NCBI GenBank assembly: GCA_030631625.1 | Contig: DAOVKT010000001.1 | Span: forward strand, 1-41,162 | Origin: Gemmatimonadota bacterium | GTDB lineage: Bacteria; Blakebacterota; Blakebacteria; Blakebacterales; Blakebacteraceae | Direction of reading: 5' to 3' | DNA length: 41,162 nucleotides | Shown here: piece by piece, positions 8,826 through 16,609 of the stretch | How the letters are laid out: each line of letters begins with the position of its first letter | Position numbering within the stretch: the stretch's first letter is position 1 | Notes under the pieces: generated by a model | Seen by the model: the letters and a program-made list of their open reading frames with translations, nothing else | Told to the model about the DNA's origin: nothing | Databases searched by the model: none | Position numbers and translations under genes: made by a program

Positions 8826-9248
8826 TCAGAGGGGTTTCCTGCTGGTTAGTGTAAATATGATCGTCTGTCCTACCTGTACCTTGATCGGCTCGCCGTCTTT
8901 TTTGGCCGGTTCGAACTCGTACTGCAGTACAGCATTCAGGGCCGCCTCATTGAAAATGTCCGCCGGCTCCGCAAGGAGTATCTTGGCCTCGACTACCTGC
9001 CCCTCCTTATCTACAATAATTGTGAGCACCACTTTCCCCCCGATGCCGTCCTCACGGGCGATTTCAGGATATGACGGTTTCACAATTTTTGTAATTCTCG
9101 GCGGCTCATCAAACGCAAAGTGCACGGCATCACTTTCCGCCGTAACGGTAATCTCAGAGAGGTGGGTAGTTGGTATCTCCTCATGGGAGCAACCGACCAG
9201 AAACATAAGGCACACAATCAGCCCGACAGCAAAGCCGGTGCATTTCAT
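8826..9248 (-). CDS. Small lipoprotein consisting of a TonB C-terminal (TonB_C) domain
   Basis: ATG at 9248 preceded by GGGAGG. Lipobox LVGCS. VKPSYPEIAREDGIGGKVVLTIIVDKEGQV...AALNAVLQYEFEPAKKDGEPIKV is a TonB_C fold signature. No TM anchor or Pro-rich spacer. Confidence 0.7.
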   Translation of the reverse strand: MKCTGFAVGLIVCLMFLVGCSHEEIPTTHLSEITVTAESDAVHFAFDEPPRITKIVKPSYPEIAREDGIGGKVVLTIIVDKEGQVVEAKILLAEPADIFNEAALNAVLQYEFEPAKKDGEPIKVQVGQTIIFTLTSRKPL

Positions 9249-9514
9249 CGTACTGACCTCCCGCTTTAAGGTAATGTTCACCGGTCGGAGTATCGTGTGG
9301 TGTGATCGGAACCAGTGAAGCAGTTGTGACGATATTGATCCTGCGCTCTATTGAGTTGACTCCTTCTAGCGAGATACGTTTATCCGATATTTGAAAGGGG
9401 ATCACCCGAATATCGAATCACTATGGCCTCAGCAAATTGACAGTGCGTCAGAGGCTCTGTTAGCTTGAGGATTGAAGCACGCACCTGGCCCATTGGATAT
9501 TCGATCTGCACAGG

Positions 9515-10957
9515 TTGAGAAATATGCCCCATATCCTCGATAAAAAACGACGCTACATCGCCTTGCTTCTGGTCCTCCCCCTTCTTGTAACCTCGTGCGC
9601 CCATAAGCGGGCGTACAAGAAGGCCATGGCCTTCGAGGAGGAGGGTCGGTTTGTCGAAGCCGCCGAACAGGATCTAAGGGCGCTCAACAAGAAACACGAC
9701 TACGATGACGCTAAGAACCATCTAAAAAACGTTGCTCCTAAAGCCTATCAACAGCTGCTCACGAGAGCTGAAGATCTTCAGGCAACCTCGAAGTGGATCG
9801 AGGCTATCGAAACATACCGCCAAATTGAGAATTTAGATAATCGGTTTCAGAGTCATGGTGTCGTACTGGAAACAATAGACCTTTCCAGCCGCATTGCATG
9901 GGCGAGAGAACAGGGCAGAGACCACCACTACACCAGTGCGGAAAGAAACTTCGAGGCCGGCGATTACCTCCGAGCTATTGCTGAGTACAGGATGGTAACC
10001 GTGATCGCCGGGTATTATCTGGATACGAAGGAGAAGCTCTGGCGGTCATATGTCGAGCTTGGAAACCAGAAGTTGACGGTGCAGGAGTTTCAGGCTGCGA
10101 TAGAAAGTTATTACATGCCTGCACTTGAATACGCGACAGACATGGAAGCAACGAACAGGTTGATCGCGGAAGCATATTATCAGTGGGCGGTTAAACTGGC
10201 CTCGGAGGGAAATAATCGTAGGGCTTACGAAACATTCGGCAGAACTCTGGAAGCCGTACAAGGATATAAGGACGCTGATCAACGCCAGGAGGAGGCTTTT
10301 GAGGAAGCCCTCCAGCGTGTGGCCATCCTGCTGTTCCGCAACAGCACTCCGTACGGGGGCCAGTACAGCAGCCTGCTTACGGATCAGCTCATCAATAAAT
10401 GCATCAATGCCAATCTCCAGTACGTTGTATTTGCCACCCGCTCACACCTGGATCGGATAATCCAGGAATATGAATTGACCGCCGCCGGAGCTGTGGACCC
10501 TTCCACGGCAATGGAGATCGGAAAGCTGGAAGGAATCAACTTCTTCATCACCGGCAACCTCACCCAGATCTCAGAACAGACCACCAGCCCCTCATTCGTC
10601 GAAAGAACTCATAAAAAAACCGTGACAGTGCGCGACAGCACCGGGAAAGAGGTCAAAAAGACCGAGACGATCTATTATCGGGAATACACCTCCAGGCGCA
10701 CGGTGCAGATCGGCGCCAGCTACCAGATAGTCGATGCTGAAACTGGCCGCTACATCCGTGGAGAGGATTTCTCCGAGAGGATCGTGGACGAGGCAAGATG
10801 GGTGCGCTACCAGGGCAGTGTCTACGATCTGCCCGAGAACAAGAGGGGCCTTCTCGACGCTGCGACGGAGCCGAAGTCAGCCGATATGCTTATCAACGAT
10901 GGTATCCGCCTCATCGCGGAGAAGATGAGTCAGAAGATCATCAGGTATTATCGATAA
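9515..10957 (+). CDS. Lipoprotein with N-terminal TPR-like helical region and C-terminal CsgG-like domain
   Basis: Lipobox LLVTSCAH. The C-terminal half (VAILLFRNSTPYGG...LDRIIQEYELTAAGAVDPSTAMEIGKLEGINFFITGNLTQI) resembles the CsgG/curli-transport-component fold. The start may be the ATG at 9524 rather than the TTG at 9515. Confidence 0.6.
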   Translation: MRNMPHILDKKRRYIALLLVLPLLVTSCAHKRAYKKAMAFEEEGRFVEAAEQDLRALNKKHDYDDAKNHLKNVAPKAYQQLLTRAEDLQATSKWIEAIETYRQIENLDNRFQSHGVVLETIDLSSRIAWAREQGRDHHYTSAERNFEAGDYLRAIAEYRMVTVIAGYYLDTKEKLWRSYVELGNQKLTVQEFQAAIESYYMPALEYATDMEATNRLIAEAYYQWAVKLASEGNNRRAYETFGRTLEAVQGYKDADQRQEEAFEEALQRVAILLFRNSTPYGGQYSSLLTDQLINKCINANLQYVVFATRSHLDRIIQEYELTAAGAVDPSTAMEIGKLEGINFFITGNLTQISEQTTSPSFVERTHKKTVTVRDSTGKEVKKTETIYYREYTSRRTVQIGASYQIVDAETGRYIRGEDFSERIVDEARWVRYQGSVYDLPENKRGLLDAATEPKSADMLINDGIRLIAEKMSQKIIRYYR

Positions 10958-11008
10958 AGCGAAACTGCAACGAGCATTAGACCATATCGGCCAGAAGCTC
11001 ACTCCACT

Positions 11009-12622
11009 CTATTCCGGCGGGATGCGGAACTGGTCGGGACGTTCCTTCAGCACCCTGCGTAACCATTCCTCCGGGTAGCCCTGGCTGCGCCCGCGGACGT
11101 AACCGTCGTTGTACCCGGCGATGAGGGATTCGCCCAGCCGGCGCCACCTTGTAACGACCAGCTCAGCGTGAGTGACGGAGTAGTCAGTAAGATAGCGGAC
11201 AGCGAGTTCCGGGTCCTTCACCGCCAGTTTGACCGCCGTTTCCTCCACTATCGGTTGCATGGTCAGGTAGGTCCCCTCGATCTCACTCTGCACCGCTCTG
11301 ACGTCCTCGATCATATAGGAATACATCAGGTTGGAGAAATTGGAGACGAAATTGAATACCCACCATGCGGAATCCCACGAGAACTCCCTGATCGTACCGA
11401 CCGTGAACGATACCGGGATGGCGTCGATGCAGCAGTAGAAGGGCATGTAGCAGGCGTAGTTGGTATCGTCGGGGCTGTACCACATGATCCCGCCGACGGC
11501 ATCGGGAAGCCATGCCCGGGACTGGCTGATGAAGGAGAAGGCGGTCTGCTGCGTCGAGATGGGACGTTCCCAGGAATAGCGTACGCCGTCTACCTCCCAG
11601 CCCAGCGGCCTGACATGGAAGGGATTGCCGAACGGCCCGGCGTCTACACCTTTGGTCATATCGAAGTCGGTCCCCTCATAGTGGTCGCGCATCAGTGCGA
11701 AGACATCGGCCACCGAAAGCTTGTGGTCGGGTTTGATGGTGAGTGGATAGCGTTCGGCGCCTGCGACCCCACGGTGGTAGTCGGACGGAAGATCCAGGGA
11801 GGGCGCCGCCCGGCGGAAGATGCTCCATACACGGGTCTCGGTGACCCTTAGATTGGAGGGAGTGGCCGGGCAGTAGGCTTCACAGTAGCTGAACGGCTCG
11901 CCCGAATCGGGGTCGTAGTAACCCCTCTCGATGGCGAAGGAGATGACGTTCTCGGAATACATGCAGTTCTCAGGGTCGTCCAGCGGGAACTCGCCGATCC
12001 GGGCCTTGTTGGCGTGGGCGGCGATGTGTCCGTCGGGAACCTTCACCGCCACCCAGATGGCGCCTTTAACACCGGGTCCCGGTCCGATCATCTCCAGTAT
12101 CCAGGCTTCTTCCTTGTCGCCGATGGAGAACGACTCACCCGAGGAGCGGTAACCGTATTCCTCGACCAGGTCGGTCATGACCTTTATAGCCTCGCGGGCC
12201 GTTTTCGCCCGCTCAAAGGCGAGCTGCATCAGGGCGGGGTAGCTCAGCAGACCCTCGCGATTGGACAGCTCCCGGCGGCCACCGAAAGTAGTCTCCCCGA
12301 TCGCTACCTGGTGTTCATTGATATAGCCGACGACGGCCCAGGTGTGCGGGACCTGTCTGACCTGCCCACTTCCGATACCCTCTACGAAGGATCCTGAAGG
12401 GTGATCAGCCGCCGGGGTGTACTCCAGATGTGAATGGAACTCACCATCACAGGTATAGGTGATGAACACCGAACCGTCGGTGGAGGCTCCCTTTGTCACC
12501 AGCAGGCTGGTGCAGCTGTCATCCAGGGGGACGGCCGGCTGGGCGGTGGCCGGAACCGGGAGGCCGGTGAGCAGCAGCACGACACCGATGAACGCTAGTG
12601 GAAGAAGTTTCCCGTTCCTCAT
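11009..12622 (-). CDS. C69-family cysteine dipeptidase, secreted
   Basis: Signal peptide, then DSCTSLLVTKGASTDGSVFITYTCDG, which contains the C69 N-terminal nucleophile Cys motif. 537 aa. Confidence 0.85.
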   Translation of the reverse strand: MRNGKLLPLAFIGVVLLLTGLPVPATAQPAVPLDDSCTSLLVTKGASTDGSVFITYTCDGEFHSHLEYTPAADHPSGSFVEGIGSGQVRQVPHTWAVVGYINEHQVAIGETTFGGRRELSNREGLLSYPALMQLAFERAKTAREAIKVMTDLVEEYGYRSSGESFSIGDKEEAWILEMIGPGPGVKGAIWVAVKVPDGHIAAHANKARIGEFPLDDPENCMYSENVISFAIERGYYDPDSGEPFSYCEAYCPATPSNLRVTETRVWSIFRRAAPSLDLPSDYHRGVAGAERYPLTIKPDHKLSVADVFALMRDHYEGTDFDMTKGVDAGPFGNPFHVRPLGWEVDGVRYSWERPISTQQTAFSFISQSRAWLPDAVGGIMWYSPDDTNYACYMPFYCCIDAIPVSFTVGTIREFSWDSAWWVFNFVSNFSNLMYSYMIEDVRAVQSEIEGTYLTMQPIVEETAVKLAVKDPELAVRYLTDYSVTHAELVVTRWRRLGESLIAGYNDGYVRGRSQGYPEEWLRRVLKERPDQFRIPPE

Positions 12623-12712
12623 GGTTTTTCCTTTCCCTCTATTTATGCCTCAACGCATATGCATGGCCATTATTCATTACAATAACCTCCTGCGTGTAAG
12701 GTAAAAACAAAG

Positions 12713-12732
12713 TTTGGCACATATCTGGCACA
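12713..12732 (-). promoter_or_regulatory. Phased direct-repeat element TGTGCCA-GATA-TGTGCCA (minus-strand reading), 90 nt upstream of the C69 dipeptidase ATG
   Basis: Perfect 7-bp direct repeat with 11-bp periodicity. A near-identical copy (18/20) lies at 16392-16411 in the same orientation. Confidence 0.3.
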
Positions 12733-12896
12733 CGGACCCATCCTATTCTCAATGTCCACAAACTCAGGGGGAGAGCGATCTGAGGTCCCCATCTGGAGTC
12801 CCTTGTCTCCCCAGGGTCTGCGGACATCAGGGGCACGGCGGTGTCAGGACAGTGATTTTCTGGGTCGTTATAAACCTGGACACAAACCTGGTTATA

Positions 12897-12915
12897 ACCT
12901 GGACATGGTCCAGGT
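12897..12915 (-). terminator. Perfect 8-bp hairpin (ACCTGGAC-ATG-GTCCAGGT) 13 nt after the stop of the inositol operon
   Basis: Seen directly. Followed on the minus strand by a second imperfect hairpin and short T runs (TATAACCAGGTTTGTGTCCAGGTTTATAAC). Confidence 0.4.
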
Positions 12916-12927
12916 GTGGTAAAAGCG

Positions 12928-13503
12928 TCAGTGGACACTTTCATGAATCACCTCTCGCAGCAGGCGTATCATTGCCTCCTCCTCGTAGCCGATATTCTCA
13001 ACAATCTTTTTCGCCCGTGCGGAGAGGCGCCGATAGCCCCAGAGTGATCGCTGCTTGCTCGCGGCCCACCCCTCGCGCTGGTAATAGAGCGGCAGGTTGA
13101 CATCGAAATAGGAGATGCCGTCGGCGTCCTTGAGCAGATCGGAGCCAGCATCACCGCCCACCTCATGGACCTCCACCAAGCGGCAGGCTTCGTCCACAAT
13201 ATCCCGTGCCACGTCGCATGCGGTTAGAATCGATCGTAATATTTCCGCACTGTGTCGGGCATGGGCGGCCTTAAAGACATCGTAATCATCGAAGTCCGCT
13301 CGTCTTACCTTGGTCTCCTCGCAGGCCCGGTCGATGTCGTGAGCCAGCGCCGCCAGTTGCATGCTATTGCCGGCATCCGGCTGCAGGCGCAAAAGCCAAT
13401 ACAGGGTATTGTCGGCATGACGAGGATCCTCAGGCACTCGAGAGCCCGCGATGATCTCCCGGATTTTCTCTTTTGCGCGATCAATGTTGTCCATTAAGCG
13501 CAA
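12928..13503 (-). CDS. Uncharacterised HD-like (possibly DUF4202-type) protein, last gene of the inositol operon
   Basis: 191 aa. His/Asp pattern RH(29)...LAHDIDRA...AAHARHSAEIL...LKDADGISYFD resembles HD-superfamily metal ligands. The start overlaps the upstream gene by 23 nt (14 nt if the ATG at 13494 is used). Confidence 0.55.
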   Translation of the reverse strand: MRLMDNIDRAKEKIREIIAGSRVPEDPRHADNTLYWLLRLQPDAGNSMQLAALAHDIDRACEETKVRRADFDDYDVFKAAHARHSAEILRSILTACDVARDIVDEACRLVEVHEVGGDAGSDLLKDADGISYFDVNLPLYYQREGWAASKQRSLWGYRRLSARAKKIVENIGYEEEAMIRLLREVIHESVH

Positions 13504-14839
13504 TTCTCACCCGGCGCAGGGTCTCGAGATTCATTACTACAGCGATCACCACCAACATCGGCAACACCAGATTGGCCACCGCGCCCAGAAAGATGAGGAA
13601 CACGCGCACGTCGCGCCCCATCCGCAACCCGGCCTTGCCTCCGGCTTTGATCCGCTCGCGCATCAGGTTGTCGTACTTGTCTGCGGTGTAACTCAGCATG
13701 AACGAGCCGATAATGGCCATGAAACCCACCAACAGGATCCAGCCGTTCGCTTCCGCCGCCAGCAGGTGCCAGGTCAAACCGAACAGCAGAAAGGCATCGG
13801 CATAGCGGTCCAGTACCGCATCGAACCAGCCACCGATGTCGCTGCTTTGGCACTTGAGCCGGGCAACTTCGCCGTCACAACCATCGATGATGGACGCGAA
13901 CTGAGCCAGGACACCGCCCAGGAGCAAGGCAGTATACCCGCCCAAGGCAAAGAGTCCGGCGGCCAGCAGAGAACACAGAAACGAGAACGAGGAAATCTGG
14001 TTGGGCGTGATGTCGAACTTCGCCAAATGACGGGAAATCCGCACGGAGATGGGGCGGTTCAAATAACGGGATACCGGCCCGTCGTTGGGCTTGTCACGCA
14101 GACGGGCCAGCAGGGCCTGCTCCGCCTTCTTGAAGGCTGCGGGATCGTCCACATCGATCCAGAAACCGTCCGCCGGGATCGCTTTGGCGCGCCCCTCGGC
14201 GGCCAGGACCCGTACCGCCCCGGAAAGGGTGGTGTCGCCGTCTTTTGCTTGGCTTTGCTCCAGCGCCTTGAAGATGGCGGGGGAGCACAGGAAAATACCG
14301 GTATCGAAGCCAGTGAAATCGGTCAGTCCCTTGCCGATGTCACGGATGTTTTTATTTTCCATCGGGCCATGCTCCACTTGGCCGTCTTCCACCTTGACGC
14401 GGGTGACGTCTTCCATATCGATGAGGGGATTGCGGGTCTTGCCGTCCACCACTAGCGCGATCTCTCCATCGCCCAGAGTCAGCATCGTCAATGGGCGGGC
14501 CAGGTTGGGATCGAACAGGTGGTCCGCCATGAGCAGTAAAAACGGTTCGTGCAGAACGTTCCGCGCCTTGAGCACCGAAACACCGTTTTCTTTGTCCCAG
14601 TGGTCATTCACCAGCGGCGTGATCCGAATCGCAAGACGTTCCGCCAGCCGCGCCAGGAAATCGCGAACCTGCTCGCCCTGGTAGCCGATGACGACATAAA
14701 ATTCATCCGCCCCGGCCTCCAATGCAGCGCGGATGACACGTTCAATCAGGGGGATGCCCAGGAGGGGGATGAGGGGCTTACTATTACCCCTTTGCTGCAG
14801 CCGGCTGCCCTTGCCGGCGGCGATGATCAGACACTTCAT
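13481..14839 (-). CDS. Bifunctional nucleotidyltransferase / CDP-alcohol phosphatidyltransferase of the IPCT/DIPPS type (CTP:inositol-1-phosphate cytidylyltransferase fused to di-myo-inositol-phosphate-phosphate synthase)
   Basis: N-terminal MKCLIIAAGKGSRL sugar-nucleotidyltransferase fold. The C-terminal multi-TM domain carries the CDP-alcohol motif DGCDGEVARLKCQSSDIGGWFDAVLDRYAD. It sits directly downstream of MIPS. Confidence 0.8.
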   Translation of the reverse strand: MKCLIIAAGKGSRLQQRGNSKPLIPLLGIPLIERVIRAALEAGADEFYVVIGYQGEQVRDFLARLAERLAIRITPLVNDHWDKENGVSVLKARNVLHEPFLLLMADHLFDPNLARPLTMLTLGDGEIALVVDGKTRNPLIDMEDVTRVKVEDGQVEHGPMENKNIRDIGKGLTDFTGFDTGIFLCSPAIFKALEQSQAKDGDTTLSGAVRVLAAEGRAKAIPADGFWIDVDDPAAFKKAEQALLARLRDKPNDGPVSRYLNRPISVRISRHLAKFDITPNQISSFSFLCSLLAAGLFALGGYTALLLGGVLAQFASIIDGCDGEVARLKCQSSDIGGWFDAVLDRYADAFLLFGLTWHLLAAEANGWILLVGFMAIIGSFMLSYTADKYDNLMRERIKAGGKAGLRMGRDVRVFLIFLGAVANLVLPMLVVIAVVMNLETLRRVRIALNGQH

Positions 14840-15950
14840 GCACTCCCCCCCGTTTGCTTGCGATAAAGGCCTCGGTCATGCGGTAGGCCTGGTCGTCAGT
14901 GAACTGACGTAGCGGATGTTTGCAGAAATAGGCCGATGGCCCTTCCAGAATGCCGCTCTGGCCCCGGTCCAACGCCAGTTTAGCGCAACGAATCATATCA
15001 ATGGCCACGCCCGCCGAATTGGGCGAATCCTCCACCGACAGGCGCAACTCGAGGTTCATAGGCACATCACCAAACAGCTTGCCCTCCATGCGCAGGAAAC
15101 AGACCTTGTTATCATTCTGCCAGGGCACGTAGTCGCTCGGACCAATATGAATGTTGTCGTTATCTATACGGTGGGCGGCCACGGCCTGTACCGCCTCGGT
15201 CTTGGACTCCTTCTTGGAGGCCAGGCGTGAACTGTTGAGCATGTTGAGAAAATCGGTATTGCCGCCGGTGTTGAGTTGGTAGGTGCGCTCCAGCTTAACA
15301 CCCCGCTTGGCGAACAGATCGGTCAATATGCGGTGAATAATGGTGGCGCCCAACTGCGCCTTGATGTCGTCACCGATAATGGGCAAACCGGCCTCTTTAA
15401 AATACTTCGCCCAACTTCCATCAGGATCACTGGCGATAAAAACCGGAATGTTGTTGACGAAGGCCAGACCGGCCTTCAATGCACAACCGGCGTAAAAGCG
15501 GGTCGCCTCCTCGGAGCCAACCGGCAGGTAATTTATGAGGATTTCCGAGCCGGATTCCTTGAGCACCTTAACTATATCTACTTCGCTGGGTTCCGGCTCA
15601 TCGGCGAGGATAAAGGTGCGCTTTTCATCGTAGTCCTTCATGTGGTCGGAGAACCCGTCCAGAATCTTGCCCATCCGTACGGTGACGCCGGACTCAGGGA
15701 GTTCGGAACAGAACACCGTCGTGCAGTTGGGCGCGGAAAAAATGGCCTCGTTCACATCGACGCCGACCTTACGTTTGTCGATATCGAAGGCAGCGATGAC
15801 CTCTATGTCACCGGGCTGGTATCCGCCAATCTCCCAATGCATCAGGCCGATGGTATCTTGCGGGTTTTTACCCTGGTAATAGTGGATGCCCTGTATCAGG
15901 GAACTGGCGCAATTCCCAACGCCGACGATAGCTATCTTGATCTTAGCCAT
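14784..15950 (-). CDS. ino1: myo-Inositol-1-phosphate (inositol-3-phosphate) synthase
   Basis: MAKIKIAIVGVGNCASSLIQGIHYY N-terminus and full-length similarity to bacterial/archaeal MIPS. I prefer the ATG at 15950 (AGGAGA upstream) over the ATG at 15971. The 3' end overlaps the next gene by 56 nt. Confidence 0.9.
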   Translation of the reverse strand: MAKIKIAIVGVGNCASSLIQGIHYYQGKNPQDTIGLMHWEIGGYQPGDIEVIAAFDIDKRKVGVDVNEAIFSAPNCTTVFCSELPESGVTVRMGKILDGFSDHMKDYDEKRTFILADEPEPSEVDIVKVLKESGSEILINYLPVGSEEATRFYAGCALKAGLAFVNNIPVFIASDPDGSWAKYFKEAGLPIIGDDIKAQLGATIIHRILTDLFAKRGVKLERTYQLNTGGNTDFLNMLNSSRLASKKESKTEAVQAVAAHRIDNDNIHIGPSDYVPWQNDNKVCFLRMEGKLFGDVPMNLELRLSVEDSPNSAGVAIDMIRCAKLALDRGQSGILEGPSAYFCKHPLRQFTDDQAYRMTEAFIASKRGGVHEVSDHRRRQGQPAAAKG

Positions 15951-16391
15951 TTCTTTCGAGTCTCCTGGCATTTTCGTTCAACGAATTACATCCTCGGAAA
16001 AACCCCGCTGTTCTATTTGATGTCGTTCTGCACAAGATCGACCATCATCTGCCGGTTCGATCGGCTATCCCGTGGCCTTACGCACCAGCGAAAGTCTGAT
16101 ATAGTACATAGATGTGCAGGTGCCGCAGATCACACAGATGATGTGTACGGAACAAGTGTCGCGGGAGACAGAATGTAGGGAGCAACCGTGCGAGAGCGAT
16201 CCCGATGATGTTTCTGATCCACTGCTAATATTATACCGCATTGTGTTGCCGATGGACAGGACACCTTATCCCCGATTACGCTCTCTTCAGACATCCTCAC
16301 CTGTCGTTTGCCAATACCTCATCCGGCCTTGTAAACACTACGTTTGTGGCAATTGAGTAGAACCTGCTAGCGACCATATGGTACCGCAGGA

Positions 16392-16411
16392 TTTGGCACG
16401 TATCTGACACA
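16392..16411 (-). promoter_or_regulatory. Second copy of the phased direct-repeat element (TGTGTCA-GATA-CGTGCCA), between the tRNA-Val terminator and the inositol-operon leader
   Basis: 18/20 identical to 12713-12732, in the same orientation and in noncoding DNA. Confidence 0.3.
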
Positions 16412-16439
16412 TAAATAAAAAGTGAGTCAATAATAAGCA

Positions 16440-16470
16440 GGGCCGCAATCAGCGTAACTGGTTGCAGCCC
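16440..16470 (-). terminator. 13-bp-stem hairpin (1 mismatch, 1 G-U, same loop) 11 nt after tRNA-Val, followed by a T-rich tract
   Basis: GGGCCGCAATCAG-CGTAA-CTGGTTGCAGCCC. The minus-strand continuation is CTGCTTATTATTG. Homologous to 8634-8664, including the flanks. Confidence 0.5.
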
Positions 16471-16481
16471 TTTGACTTAAA

Positions 16482-16559
16482 TGGTGGGCGATGCAGGATT
16501 TGAACCTGCGACTTCCTGCGTGTAAGGCAGGCGCTCTGGACCAACTGAGCTAATCGCCC
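16482..16559 (-). tRNA. tRNA-Val (anticodon UAC), CCA encoded
   Basis: The reverse complement GGGCGATTAGCTCAGTTGGTCCAGAGCGCCTGCCTTACACGCAGGAAGTCGCAGGTTCAAATCCTGCATCGCCCACCA folds as a cloverleaf. Anticodon loop is CTTACAC. Confidence 0.95.
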
Positions 16560-16609
16560 TGAAGACTGTTACTGCATTATAGGGATTGCTACTGTTCCTG
16601 CTACTGTTC

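Noticed and set aside
12713-12732. Plus-strand reading TGGCAC-N5-TGGCA resembles a sigma-54 -24/-12 promoter
   Set aside because: Nothing is encoded downstream on the plus strand; it points into the 3' end of a convergent operon. The second copy (16392-16411) has AC instead of the essential GC at -12. I prefer the direct-repeat interpretation on the minus strand.
12639-12944. 101-aa minus-strand ORF filling the gap after the inositol operon (MKVSTDAFTTPGPCPGYNQVC...)
   Set aside because: It runs through the terminator-like hairpins and the direct-repeat element, has no Shine-Dalgarno sequence or family resemblance, and its composition differs from neighbouring genes.
16114-16356. 80-aa plus-strand ORF and a ~54-codon minus-strand ORF within the inositol-operon leader
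   Set aside because: There is no ribosome-binding site at proper spacing and no recognisable domain, and the composition is atypical. I treat the region as noncoding pending comparative data.
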